A program made the position numbers and the translations under genes. A stretch of DNA of 63,855 bases, the filler included, from Sphacelaria rigidula (lineage: Eukaryota): NCBI GenBank assembly GCA_964200075.2. It is 8 parts of 8 records of this genome, joined end to end, with 100 filler letters (N's around TTAATTAATTAA, not from the genome) between each part and the next. Parts side by side here need not be neighbours in the genome. Positions count along the whole stretch, not along the records: positions 23,986 to 31,879 come from CAXNAA020013073.1; positions 31,980 to 39,873 come from CAXNAA020013074.1; 6 more parts are not named here. One strand, 5' to 3'. This document shows positions 23,986-37,453 of the stretch, in pieces. The notes under the pieces are model-generated. The model was not told the origin of the DNA, did no database searches, and worked only from the letters and a program-made list of their open reading frames with translations. How positions within the stretch are numbered: the stretch's first letter is position 1; every line of letters begins with the position of its first letter.

Positions 23986-24796
23986 CTGTGGTCTTGTGTG
24001 TACGGTCAGTGCGGTCCTGTCTCTACAAGTCTTGGGTGAGTGGGCAGCCTGTACTGCATCGCGAGTGCTGTTTGCATCACTCTGCATGCACAGACCTGAT
24101 ATGCGAGCTACAGTACTTACTGTCTGTGCACACAGCACACAGAGTGTTCGTACAGCACTCGTCATCGACCCTGCCCTGTGCTGTTCTCATGCGGTAAAGA
24201 GCTGCCATGATACGGGCGAGCGAAGGACAATGAAGCAACACGCTGACTACCCGCCAGCACCAGCGACAGCAGTGGTGATGGCAGCCAAGCCACCCATGGC
24301 TGCTGTCGTGGGCTGGAGGGTGTGTTGGCGTGCGGCGGGATTTCAAAAGCGTTTTCTGTTCACATAAAAGTGGGTTATCAGAAAACGCGTTTTTTTATAG
24401 AGTTTTCTTTATACATGAGAACCAGCCGACGGGTCACCGTCAACGTCGCGTACACGGTAACATCACGCGTTAAACCACACATTACAACGCCTCCAACACT
24501 GGTGAATGAGCCGCGACATGCACAGAATGAAACGTTACATTCGAACGTTACACGTGTCAACGTAACGTTATATTAGACGTTACACGTGACATTGAAACGT
24601 TTCATATTACGTTACATGTAACGAAACGTAACGTTAATTTTTTTTACGTGATGAACGTAACGTTAAATTTTCATATGAAACGTTAGCGTAACGTTCGAAT
24701 GTATTTAACGTGACATACGTAACGTAACGTGAACGTTAAATATTTTTTACGTGATGAACGTAACGTGAACGTGAACGTGTAACGTGTAGACACCTG
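23986..24796 (+). mobile_element. Right portion of the non-autonomous hAT family seen at 52957-55461
   Basis: Collinear with 54350-55461, including the AACGT array and the terminus cgtgtagacacctg; lacks the nested mariner-type MITE. Confidence 0.85.
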
Positions 24797-26124
24797 GAAA
24801 ATACGAGCCAAACATAATACGAACCAGACGAAACGGCCTAAAACGGGTTATTTCAACAGTGGCATCAAAAATCTGATTGAAAGGACAACAATTTGCCCAA
24901 GGCACGCCCACGACGGGGGGCATCGGAGTCCGTCCTCCTAAGCGTACCTCTACACACGTATTCTGCCCGAACATGAGGTCCGAAGCCGTACCGTGCTGGG
25001 TAGAGTCACTTCGCGGGAGGGATGTTCTCATTCCGAGAGTTGACAAGGCCACGGAGCACCAAACCGACCAAGACCTCTTGAGCGGCGAAAAGGCTCTACT
25101 TTTAGCTCAAACAGGATCATATCGGCGTCGGCACCCGTACTGTAAGTTGATGATTCTGACAGAACGTATCCTGGATTTCGGGGGATGATAGGTCTCGTGA
25201 TGATGACTGGCTTGGCACCAACCTCACCACATTCCAGTTGTTTCTCTCCACGAGGGTCGTATACCCTTTTGAGGGTAACTACTGTGAGGGTCTACTGTAA
25301 GTTGATGATTCTGATAAAACGTATCATTTCGGAGAGAAGAAAGTCTCGTGATGGTGAATAGCTTGGCACCAACCTCACCACATTCTATTTTATTCTCTCT
25401 GCACCACTTTCAGTGGGAACCTACCCTCAACATACAACAGTACGGAGTCATCCTAGGTACGGAGCCATCCTAGCAACCGTATAGGCGCACCCATTTGTAC
25501 TCGCTCACGCCTGCAGACCTCGCCAGGACGAACTGAAGGCAAAGGTCCACGCTCGTGGCACCCGAAAAAGCAGGAACGACATCAAAGCGAAACCAGCACG
25601 GGTGAAGCACAGCCAGCTACCTGTGTACCCCCTTTTGTTTCGTCAGCGTACCCGAGCTTGCGGGCACACAAGCGCTATTGTTATTTCGCGTTACGTGTAC
25701 TACCCCGCAAGCCATGACAATTACCAAACTATTTTACTTGCCTACCGCATACCGTACGCTCTTTGTTTGAGACATTTACTTGAAATGAGTAGAGATTGTT
25801 GCCCCCGCGCATTCGTCCGATCGATATCGTTCATCCGGACGGACATGTCTTTTCCAACCATGATATCAGCCCCTTAGACCCGCGGTCGAATGATACAAGA
25901 TTGCCGGCCAACCACGCATTACCTACACATGTCTCCTCTGGTGGAGGGAACGTCAGTGTAGCGAGCTGCAGATGGAATTCTCCCACGCTCGAATGAAGAC
26001 ACTATCTCCATGAAAACTCGAACGGGTGATAGACCCGAGCAATGTCATACGTGTACAGTCACCAGCACAAGAAGGTAATGATACATGTATGAGAATCTAC
26101 TGGTATACAGAGCAAGCCTTGGGT

Positions 26125-26500
26125 TGGGGGGGGGGGGTGTAGTCATGATATTGCATGCCGTGGTCACAACACCAATGACTTCGCATCCCTACAAAGCCGG
26201 AACGGAGCACGCCGACTTTTCGCCGGACTAGTCTCGCTGTCAATCATCAAGCGCGAAGCGCCTTGGTGCATTCCGCGAGTCGCATGAGGGGTGACCTGCA
26301 TCCTGTCAAGACTGTTGGGCCCGAAGGGTACCCAGTATCTTGCTTCTGGAAGACAGCCTGCAATGAGTCGTTTCACTATCTGGTCTCCCCACTTCCAGAG
26401 ATAGCCACGGGTTTCACTGCCTCATGGGTGTCTCACCATTCAAGCGCTGCGTAGTACGATTATCCCCTTTGCGCGGAGTTGAGGTTCTCCCACGCCGTAC
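26125..26500 (+). repeat. Poly-G-TGTAGTCATG family copy (intronic or intergenic)
   Basis: G-run followed by tgtagtcatga and the shared core. Confidence 0.8.
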
Positions 26501-26700
26501 GAAATTATCTCACTCGACCAGCATCATGATTATCGCGAATACACGCCAGCAAGAAGAAAAACACACGGTAACCTGGTCGCTTCGTTTACGCAGTGAGTGA
26601 CGTTTTTTGCCTTGGGAGGGCGGGCGGCGGCGGCGGCGGCGGCGGCGGGGGGGAGGGGTAAACACGTTCTGGAACATGACCAACGTGAACAGATCATCAC

Positions 26701-29700
26701 CTTTTCCATTGGTCACACAGCGGCATGCTGTCCACGTAGTCCGGCAGGCAGCTGCAGATCTGTGATTCAGAGGCAAGTACGAAACGCGGGAAGAAAAATA
26801 ACGAGCGAGTAAGGTTCCTCCTACTGCGTACCGCGACTGCTTCAATCACTCACCTCTGCACTGCATCTATTATGCATCTATGCATCCATCTCTCTGCAGT
26901 ATAACATCACCTGCTGCGAGCATGTGTTGAGTGTTGTTCTCGTTTTTCTCCCTTTTTTCTGCCAAGCTCATGCGCTTTCCCGTAGACCGTCCTGCCCTAC
27001 GTCTCGAGTCATCAGCGAAATGAACTATGTTGTGCTGCAAGCATATTTCGAATCAAACCCTTGTTTCTGAATCAGCCTAACAGCGAGATGCTTTGATCAG
27101 GTTGAGGAAATTCGTCACAACAAGATGTGGCACATTGTTCCATCATTCCATCAATGTGCTGGCTACTGCAGGAGTGATAGTGGTACACCTCTCGAGCAAT
27201 ACCTGTAGTGTACTGTACTTCCACTGCCTAGTTATGTATCTTCACGCCCCGGCGACTTCTAAAACTCAAGTCAGAAATCACGCGACGCATGTCTCAATTG
27301 TGTGAAAATGTAGCTCGCATCGAGGCACGAAGCATTCCCTCGACGAGTGTCGTGTGCTGCATCACTCCGATGCGCATTCATCATACACATATGTAATACA
27401 TACATATATTAATGTATTCCTTTTTTTTCAAGCATACAAACATGTTGAAGCTTAGATAACTGTTTGAGAGAATGTTGCCTTACAGCACACTCGAATGCGG
27501 GAAACCCAAGCCGTAACCACAGTCCACCTCTCGGAGGTCTGGATGTAGGTTGCAGTAGTCACTCACGTTGATGTTCTAGTTCTAGAGTTTGGTGCTCATC
27601 TAATTTGATACTCCCAAGTGCCGTACACCTAAATTAGCCCAAGGTACAGTAGGTCGAGCTGTATAAATGATTGTGGTACCCACCCTCACAGCACGCTTAC
27701 TCTGACAATCCATTTTCCCCTTCGAATCATAATTTCAACCACCAGGGACAAGTGCGTGGCCTCAAGGCATCAACCCTGATCTCCCCCGAAACTAACGACA
27801 CCGCCAAAATACCCTACTTTGTACCCTACCCTGGCCCAAGCACGTTTGCTTATCTTCTACAGCTCACCTACTTCAGTCAGCACGTGCTACATCGTACTCA
27901 CCTTGCTATCCGGGCCAAGCATGGTCCTAAGGAAGTCGGCGGTAGCCTTCGTCGGCGACGTGCCATCGGAATTTTCCACTTGCTTGACGCAGTCCTCGAA
28001 TACGGCTGAAGCGTCGCCCTCCTCCTCCTGCTCCTTCTCTGGGTTAGCTGCCTTGTTTTGCTAAAACGGGGTTCGTTCCATTGCATCAAAGGTGAAGCGC
28101 ACGGAAAATGGACTCAATCAACACATGTAGGCTCCACAATAGCTTCATGTCGTCACATGCCACAACGGGCAGTGAGACGGGGATCTGGAGCGTACTTACA
28201 CACATCGGGCTCGGAAAAATGATCACATGAGCTTCCACTTGAACATTCCTGCTGAACATCACCCGCTGTACAGCGTGAAGTTCTAGACACAACGCACCTG
28301 CTGCGCGTACACTACTGTACCGAATTCGACAAAATGGCAACATCATTGCGTGCGCTGCCGATATCTAAATGAGCCAGTAGTTGGAAACGCACCGCCAAGA
28401 CATCACTCTTGTCGCGGGCCAAGTACACAAGAGCGTAAGCTGTTAACTTTTTGTGGTGAAATAGACTAGACCAAAGCTTAACCCATGTCTTTTTTTTCTT
28501 GTCTCGCTTATACCCCTCCCCCCTCCTCCTCCTCGGGAGCATTTACTCGGGTGCTCCGCCTCGCAAGGGATGCGTGCCCAATGACCAAAATACTAAGTCA
28601 AGCAACGAATGAATACCCCCCCACTCCCCCCCATCCTAATGCAAGACAATCAGTAGGCTTCGGGCCGATCATGGCACGATACAGCTCACCCTTCATGCGA
28701 CTCGCCTAACATATCACGGCGCTTCGCGCTTGGTGATTGAGTGCGAGCCTGGTCCGGCGAGAACCCGGTGTGCTTCGTCCCGGCTTTGTAGGGATGCAAG
28801 GCCAATGGTCTTATGGCTACGGCAAGCATGATCATGACTACATTTCCCCCTCCCCCTACCTCCTCGGGACGAGTCCGTGGTCTCAAAAGGTCAACCCATC
28901 TCTCTCCCGGTACACGCTTTGCATTTTGGTAACGTGGATTGAGGCAGCAATCCCCGACCGCATCAACCCGTGTAGCAAATTCAGTCGATTGGCTATTCTG
29001 CTATTCACATCGTCACGTGTTCACGTCTTCAGCGACGGAAATGGGATACTTGTGAGAAAAAAGACGGTATAGACGCATATGGCGACAATCGTTATACTCG
29101 CTGAAAGATAAACTCAGGGATAGACTGATAACATGCACCATCTATCCGAAAATATCCCTGCTCGGCGCATGAGACCTCAGCTGACTCTGCTTGATTGTAT
29201 TCTTATATTACAAATGAATGCAACAAGAAACAATAAAGAGCACACGGATTAGTCAGTGATATGAACACGTGTCGAAAGATCTAAAAAAATAATGTCATTT
29301 CGGAGCAGGTTTTACACACCTATATTTTCGACACCATTCTTTCACATCACTTTCCAAACACCAGTCTTGCGTATGCTGACGAAAACACGCCACAGACGTC
29401 TGATAAGTACTTGCCGAACACAAAATATAGTAGAACAACATGCGCAGAAGAGTTTGTATCTCATGTAGAGATATCGGTCAACCTTCTGTCCAGAATCTGT
29501 ACCGGTGTACCAAGCTTCAATTTTTCCTGTATATAAGACGTTGGTGAAGGTGCACTGGGGTGGGGATCGACATTGACATTACTAATAGCGCTATACGAGA
29601 AATGGGAAATCCAATAGTAGAACTCGGTGCATGGGGAACTGATTCAGCGCCAATGGAGTGCTATTAACATGAGCTTTAGAACAAATAAAAAGTGACAAGT

Positions 29701-31879
29701 TTTACCTCGTGTTCTTCAGCGCGCTTTGCGAAGCACAAAGCTGCCCCTTCCATGAGGCCGAGGTCCGCTTGCACGAGCGCTAACAAGTCGAAATGGTTGA
29801 TCTCGGAACATTCGGTGTATGCATGGGATGCCTGTCATATTCCACGGCAAACCGAAATCCACACACACGCAGAGGGACGAGCAAAAAACAAAAACAGAAG
29901 CAAGGGTCACAATTGTTGAGCAACTGCATACTGAACAAAAAAACGCAAGTACTCCGGAGGCGAAATACCCCTCGCACCATTCAAATATATGAGAAAATCT
30001 GAGGAGATGGAAAGGACAGTATTGTGTAGTAGTGGTGTACGAGCGTTTCGACCCCCCTCGGGCCGACCCTAGATCGACAATGTGACTTGTTGTAAGGGAC
30101 TACACGAAACACATAACTATAAAGATCGAACATAATGGACGAACGATGCGGGCTTACTTAGGGGCGGTGCTCGCAAACAGGGAGGGCATGTTCAACCAGA
30201 GATGGCGTTGGAACCGTCGCGGTCGACGGAAGGTCGAAAATATTGTTCCTACACGAAGCCTGGCTGTCCGGGGGTTGGAAGCATGTCCGGGTCGATCCCG
30301 TAAAATCTCTGCGATTAGGATAAAACGGTCGACGATCCAGTTTCAAGGGCACCATCTTGCGAAAACGCCATTGTCCTTCGAAGGGGGGGCATGCTTCATG
30401 AAGCTGTTGTCGCGACACAGACGACTAGAACGTGTGCTTCAAACCGTCACTACTGTAGAAAACGCGGGTTCCTCCACTCCCCCAGGTAATAAATATCCTT
30501 TGAACACAAATCATACCTCCGTGCACTCAAGCCAGTGGCGTGATCGCACAATAAGCAAGTTATTCGCTCAAGGAACGTCGTCGGCCAGGGCATTGTGGTT
30601 GCCGGAAACTTGCCCCTTTATACACCCCCTTCCCGGTAATCGAGTAGCTAGACCTCTTTTGAGCGTACACATTTTCGACATGTACATACTTGTACCGATC
30701 GCTCATGGTATTTCCCAGAGAAGACCAACGACACACAAAAAAAGGAGCGAGTGGTTGATTCTCGTGAGAAAGCTCCTGGCCATCGACGGTCAACCATTCG
30801 GCCCTTGGACCGAAAAGACTTCTCGTACCTTGCCGCAAGATCATTCGCGAACTGAGTCAAGTTCAAAACGTTCGCATTGTCGTACATAATGGGCTGTCTA
30901 GTATCTAACAAAGCTCAACAATTGGGTCCACCGCCGCAAATGCTACACGTTCACTTTGCAGTACTATCGCGAGACAACCATCGGTATCGTCATCTCCTTT
31001 CCTCAAACACACTTGACACTGCGGCATGACTCGCCTCCTCTATAGTTACATACGAGTCATCGCAGACGACATGCCTTCCCGTACGCATAAAAAAACACAA
31101 GTTCACGCTTCGACTGCAAAATATGAGTATATTATATCCGATAATGGCAGCAGGAGCATCGATGGAACATGACAATCCAAGTTACAAAAACAAAACGTCC
31201 ACAACGGGCCTTACTGGACATATATGACGCAGATTGACACCTGAACGGTCAGCGATTTGAGGCAAAATGAAACGACTTGCCTGAAGTGCTTTTTCCGAAT
31301 CTTCGGTCGTGCAGGCAGGAGGAGGCTGATGGTCGCCATCCTCGAGGCGCCCGTGCTCACCACCCGTCCGGCCAGAGCGCTCCCCTGGGGGTCCATGTTC
31401 TCCTTCGCCGGGTGGCCCGCCTTCGCCGGGTGGTCCGCCGTGCTGGCCATGTTGCCCTCCTTGGCGGCTGAAGGTTACATGTACAAAAAAAAAACAAGAA
31501 AAAAGAGAAGCAAGAGACATATGGACAAGTGGGAAGCGAGCAAATATTCTGCACAAAATATTTACGAGCTGGGCCAGCTGACAGTAATTTTGGAATGTTT
31601 CCGGGCCCGGCTGTGGGTAATTCGAGAAGTTGGGCGCTGAAATTATAACATGACATTTTTATCATTAATACTCACAGAATCACGCGGGATACCACGGAAA
31701 GAAAAAGAAAAAAACAGGAAGTTACCGCGATTCGAAGTTTCTGGGAAAACTGGAAAAATGCTATAACTCCGTGAAAAAAAAACATCGGCATCCCACGTGT
31801 TATTCTGCGTAGTTGTCTCTCCTCCGTTCCCCGTCCTCCGACGAAGGCCATGACCGGTCTTGTCGGTACGGCGTGGGGA
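26701..31879 (-). CDS. Hypothetical Cys-containing protein, partial; exons 31797-31879, 31281-31467, 29706-29831, 27902-28060, 26701-26759
   Basis: Exons have AG acceptors and GT donors (one GC donor; the first exon is cut by the contig end) and join in phase without stops: ...RQGGQHGQHGGPPGEGGPPGEGEHG...EKALQ-ASHAYTECSEINHFDLLALVQADLGLMEGAALCFAKRAEEHE-QNKAANPEKEQEEEGDASAVFEDCVKQ...TMLGPDSK-ICSCLPDYVDSMPLCDQWK. Confidence 0.7.
28660..28855 (-). repeat. Poly-G-TGTAGTCATG family copy inside an intron
   Basis: Same core. Confidence 0.8.
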
Positions 31880-31979
31880 NNNNNNNNNNNNNNNNNNNNN
31901 NNNNNNNNNNNNNNNNNNNNNNNTTAATTAATTAANNNNNNNNNNNNNNNNNNNNNNNNNNNNNNNNNNNNNNNNNNNN
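31880..31979. other. Artificial contig linker
   Basis: Same cassette. Confidence 0.98.
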
Positions 31980-32268
31980 ATTATCTTGCATTTGGATGAC
32001 AGTCAACAATGAGTTGCTTTATTTTCTGGTATCGCCACCACCAGAAACAGCAACGGCTTATACACTGCCTCATGGGTGCGTCACCAATTATTTTGCATCC
32101 AACAGCTTCACAGGAGCAAGGAAGGGTCGTTCGGGCCCGCTCGATGTGTGCTATCTATCCTCTGCGGAACGATCGTTCTTTCGATCCCGAGCCGCTGGCC
32201 CGCCGCCGCTCCGTCCACGCCAAAACCCCGCGAACTAAGTTACGTTTCCCCGCGAGCGTGCGCACACA

Positions 32269-32430
32269 TTGCGTTTAATATTGCCAAGTACAGCATGTAG
32301 CCATTCAAGATGGAATATAAAAGCATCATTGCATTTGATATTGCTGAGTACAGCATGTAGCGATGAAATATCTAATATAGAAGTATCATTTTATGTTTAA
32401 TGTTGCCAAGCACAGGACATAGCCATGAAA
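32269..32430. repeat. ~60-bp degenerate tandem repeat, about 3 copies
   Basis: ttgc.ttt.atattgc..agtacagcatgtagc repeated with a 60-bp period. Confidence 0.75.
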
Positions 32431-32839
32431 GGAGGGCAAGGCAGGCAGCCGACGTAGGGTAGTGCAAACACGAAGTGTGCTAGCCCAGCCGACGCTCAGG
32501 GATCTCGCAGATGTGAGCTCTCACAAAGAGGAGACCGTCGGTAGCCCCCGACGTTAGTGCGGGGAAGGTCAAGTCCAGTAAATCGCTAACCCATACCACC
32601 CCCGCGAACCCGACCCCGACGTGCCACCCGACGGGCAACACCTCGGGACCTCGCGCAAGAAAAAGAGCGGGTAGGACAAGGACCACCAACCCCATAAGAA
32701 GTATACATCTCTAATCATAACATCACAGAGTGACGGTAGCTATCGTTCGCTAGACAGGCGAGGCGGACCCTCGTTGGTCCATCCATCGAACTTGATGCCG
32801 TGGACGCCAGCGACCGCGCTGTGTTGCCGTGGTCGCCAC

Positions 32840-33250
32840 TGTGCAGATTATGTGTTGGACATAGACCTCATACCTGGATTCGCAGGCATGTAGTCAACCA
32901 GCCTGGTAGGAGCCAGTGCGGTTCTGTACGAAGTACAAGGTTACGGTCCGGGAACCAGTACTGTAGCCAGTGCTCAGTCTAGGTAGAACGGCTCCGCGGC
33001 TCTACATTGTAAGCGCTACAGTTGGGGTTTAGGGCTGAGATTCAGAGAGCGAAGGTTCAGATAGAGCTGTACACCAGCGGGTGACGTCTGAATGAGTAAT
33101 GAAAAGCATGGCAATGCAGCGCCCCACTCGGGTACGTCGTCTGCTCAACCCATCAAGATCTCTCGTGAAAATTGCCTTGCTCCGCTATAAAACGGTGCAC
33201 TGCGAGGGAGCGCGCCACGGCCATACCAAACAACACCTCACAAGTACACA
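32840..33250 (+). repeat. 5' LTR of the copia element
   Basis: TGTGCA...TACACA; followed directly by GGTTCGTGAGCC. Confidence 0.92.
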
Positions 33251-33262
33251 GGTTCGTGAGCC
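33251..33262 (+). promoter_or_regulatory. Putative primer-binding site, half-tRNA (Ty5/copia-like) type
   Basis: GGTTCGTGAGCC abuts the LTR, lacks the TGG start of ordinary PBSs and resembles the Ty5 PBS GGTTATGAGCC (tRNA-iMet anticodon arm). Confidence 0.5.
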
Positions 33263-33271
33263 TCGAGGAGT

Positions 33272-36200
33272 ATGGAGGCAGACCCACGCAAGTTGCCAGT
33301 CTGGACGGGCGCTCGTAGGCACTTGCGAGAAACATGGGACGCATGGAGACTTCCAATCGTTGGATACGCAGGGGGGAAGGGACTACACCCCCTGCTGCGA
33401 CCGGATTACACCATACCGGCCGTTCCGACACCCACGACGACACTTGATCAGCGTAGGGCGTACGAAACGCACCAACGTGATACATAGCCCCTAGGGTTCC
33501 TCCTGGCACAGGCTACGAAAGGGTCAGTCGCAGCCATCGTCGCACGATGCGAGCACGGCGGCAACCCTGACGGCAGGGAAGCCTGGCTGGAGATGGAACG
33601 CATTTACGGAGGACGTGCACAGGACAAGCGGCCTGTGCAACTACTTGCATTGGAACGAAGACTGCGGGATCTCCAATGCAATTCTGCAGAAGAATCAGCA
33701 GATTTCACGGTGAAGCTGGACACCATCTGGGGGGAATTCGAAGCGATGGGAAACGCCAAAGCCGACGAGACTAAAAGGGCAGCCCTTTTACTCGGGATCA
33801 TGGAGGCGCTTCCACAAGTGTTCATGCAGCTAACAACCCAGCCAGGTATGACGTACGATGAGCTAAAACGGGCAGTCGTAGCATCATCAGCATATCTAAC
33901 GTCTGACATGAAACGCCGCGACGAGGCAGTAGCGTTCCAATCGAGAACCGACGGCAACAAAACCGATTCGGGGCTCGATAGAAATCAATGCGCCTACTGT
34001 TTGAAGCGGAATCATAGGTGGCGGGAGTGTCACTCCTACCTTAACGCCAAACCTCCAGCTAAACAACCGCCGGGGATGAGCCCCGCACGAACGTTCCCAC
34101 CCCCTCCACAGAACGGCAGAAGTAATGGGAGGAAGGACAGACCGCAGGCATTCATGACGATGGACGTGGTAGTTGAAGATGAGCGAGTAGTATCCATGTG
34201 CACGTCGACCAACAGTGACACAGAGGTGTCGATTCTCTGGGACTCGGGAGCGAATGTCCACATGATTCCCTGGAAACAGGATCTCAGAAATACACGTACG
34301 GTCAATCGAAGCTGTACATTTGGGAACAAGGGGCAACTGCAGGCACTGGCAATGGAAGAGATGTCGTTGCACGTAGGTGCTCAGGGCAAGATGGCTCCGG
34401 CAAAGGTCACACTGAAGGACGTACTTTGGGTCCCTGGACTACGTTGCCGGCTGCTGAGTACCGGAACGATTCGGCGTGAAGGAGGAGAATTTGTGGATTC
34501 CGGCAGGAAGCAGAGCTACCTTCGGTTCAGAGAGGATGGATCGAAGATCCCCCTAGCCGAGAGTAGAAGGTTCCTGACTCTGTCGGCATCGCTGCAGGCG
34601 GATGGTGAACAAGCGGCATCGGCGCACGCTTCGTTCGCAAACAAGAAGCAGCGCCTCACATTAAAGGAGTGGCGCGACACCTTGGAACACATCGATCCGG
34701 CTGCCATAAAACACCTTGAGAAGCGTGGGCTGATCGATGTCACTGATACCACGGTGGCGTCCGAGATGCGCTGGAGCGTCTGCAAGGAATGCAAGTCGGA
34801 GGCGCTCAGCTACGGCCGCGGCGGTGGGAGTCCCAAAGCACCAGGTGAAGTTGTGCACACTGATCTTGAAGACCCTTTCCACGCCGATGTCACGGGCATG
34901 AAATACTTTCAGGCTTTCGTGGACGAGGCCAGTCGAGACAAGCACGTTGTTGGACTCAAGACACGAGATGCGGCCGCTGACGCCACGGGAGCCTATATCG
35001 ACGAAACGGCCGGTGAGGGAGTGGTCATCAAATGCATCAGCGGAGACGGCGCTAGGGAACTTGGACGGCCAGTCGAATTTCAACGCATGCTGGCCAATCG
35101 CGGCATCAAATGGCGCAACTCACCGCCAAGGACACCGCAGAGTAATGGGAGTGCTGAACGTGCAATTCAACAACTGATGAGGATAGCACGCAGCCAACTG
35201 GTGAAAGTGGGACGCGGAGAGGTCTACTGGTTCTTCGCTGTGGCGGACGCGGCATTCAAGACCGCAGGAATGCCCCACGAGTACCTCGGGGGCGAGACCC
35301 CATGTGAGAGACTGACAGGAAAGCCTTTCAACTACGACCGGCTTCGTACTTGGGGATCGGAGTGTTTCGTGCATCAGCACAAGCAGCAACGCGGAGCCGC
35401 TGCAAAGTTCCACCTATATGCGAAGCGGGGCATCTTGGTGGGGCATGATCGGCATTCTGCTGGTACGTATGGCTGATACAGGAATCAAAGCTCGTCAAGT
35501 CTTCACACATCACGTTTGAACCAGAGGCCAAGATCCTAGATATCGTGGGGGAGTTGAAGGCGGTCGAACTCAGTGATGACGAGGACGAACCATCCGAAGA
35601 AGAGACAGCAGCGCCAATCGACGGCGATGATGGCCCGGGTGAACAGCCACCTCAGAGCCCGCCATCATCGAAGCGCTCTTCTCCGGATAGTGGACTGCGC
35701 AGGTCCAGTCGACTAGCGCAACGGCATCGAGGGGACAACGGACAGCAACGCTGTGGGAGTTCTGACGGCAGCAGTTCCGACGACGGGAATTTCCTCGCCA
35801 CCTTTCTACAAAATCAAGAAGAACACGCATTCTGCATGCTCGGATTGGTCGGCGAAATTGGCACAGGACCACAAGAACCCTCGACCACAACGGAAGCCCT
35901 GGCAGGATCCGACGCCGACAGATGAAAAGTGGCTATGGAAGATGAAATGGAAGGCCTCTGGGGTCAAGGGGCGTTCACCGAAGAGCCTCTACCGCACGAC
36001 AAGGCACCAGTCAATACGCGATTTATATATAAGATCAAGCGCACGGCCGACGGAGCAGTAGAGATATATAAGGCCCGACTCGTGGCTCGCGGGTTCACTC
36101 AGCGCAAGGGAATCGACTTCTTCGAAACGTTCAGCCCAGTCGTAGGCTTTGACGTCATGCGCACTGTCCTGGCGACAGCTGCTCTGCGCAAATGGAGGGT

Positions 36201-37409
36201 CGGAATGCTGGATTTCACGCAGGCATATCTGAATGCGCCGCTCCTGGAAGGCGTTTGGCTACAGTTGCCCGACAAGAGTGTGGTCAAGGCGGATAAGGCT
36301 ATTTATGGCTTGAAGCAGTCCGCCGTACAATGGTTCAAGGAACTAAGGAGCACAATACCCGCCGAAGATTGGCACAGCAGCCACTACGACGAATGCCTCT
36401 ACTACTGTCAGGCCCAAGGCGGGCGCGTCGCTATCCTAGTCACCTACGTGGATGACCTCCTGTTCTCGGGTGACTACACGGAAGAAATTCAGCGTATGCA
36501 GACATGCCTCTTGGCGAGATTCAAGGGTCGGGATCTGGGTGTGCCCGACAGCTTCTCGGCGTCAGTGTCAATGTGGCCCATGACAGCATCACTCTCGACC
36601 AACGCGCCTATGCCGAGAGTATCGTCGTTGAAGGAATGGGCTCGACACAAGTGCGGAAAACCTATACGCCCCTCGACCCGAGGATGGACCTATCAGAGCG
36701 GAAAGAAGATGAAGCGGAGCTGGACTCCTCCTAGTTCCCGTACGCAAGGATTCCCAGGAAATCAATGTTCCTCGCAGGGACGACACGACCGGACCTCTCC
36801 AACAGTGTCCGAGAGCTAGGGCGCCGGACCGCGTCTCCCTGTCTACGACATTGGCGAGGACTACAACACGTTCTCCGCTACCTAGCTGGTAAGCTTGAAA
36901 TCTGCCTACGATATGATGGGAGCAAGGTGAAGATCGAGAAGGTATTGTTGGGCTATGCAGACTCGGACTGGACGAACGATGCCGAAACACGCAGGAGTGT
37001 CACGGGCTACCTCTTGCTAATGAACAAGTCGCCGATAGTATGGCGATCCAAACTACAGGCCTCCGTAACTCTCTCTTCTTCAGAAGCGGAATGGACGGCC
37101 ATGGTACAGGGTATGCGCCATTGCATATTCATTCGGGGTATTCTGGAAGAGATGGGACTTCCACAGGACACGACCTTGTGACGTTGCGACAATCGTGGCG
37201 CTATCCAGGCGGCTACAGTCACCGGGTTTAACGGGCGCACAAGACACGTTGATATGAAGCTGAAATGTTAACGGCAGTGCGTCGAGAAGAAGCTGTTCAC
37301 CGTGCGATACGTACCGACGAGCGAGCAGCGCGCGGACATCCTAACGAAGTGGATCAAGAGGTCATCTCTTTCCGATTTTGTCAATTCTGTCCTAGCGCGT
37401 TGGGTGTAA
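33272..37409 (+). pseudogene. Copia gag-pol polyprotein, disrupted
   Basis: CAYCLKRNHRWREC zinc knuckle, LWDSGANVHM protease, integrase VHTDL/SGDGARE/PQSNGSAER, RT YKARLVARGFTQ/IYGLKQS/YVDDLL, RNase H GYADSDW/SSSEAEW/CDN; stops at 33485, 35923, 36732, 37179 and frameshifts near 35455 and 36553. Confidence 0.93.
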
Positions 37410-37453
37410 TCGTATCAGCTCTCTAGTGTTGCCGCTATACGATCATGGGGGAG

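Noticed and set aside
25509..25532. Further micro-exon of the contig-4 gene
   Set aside because: Phase-compatible but only 24 nt, too short to distinguish from chance
30146..30889. 247-aa plus-strand ORF
   Set aside because: Lies within a predicted intron on the opposite strand; no recognisable motif
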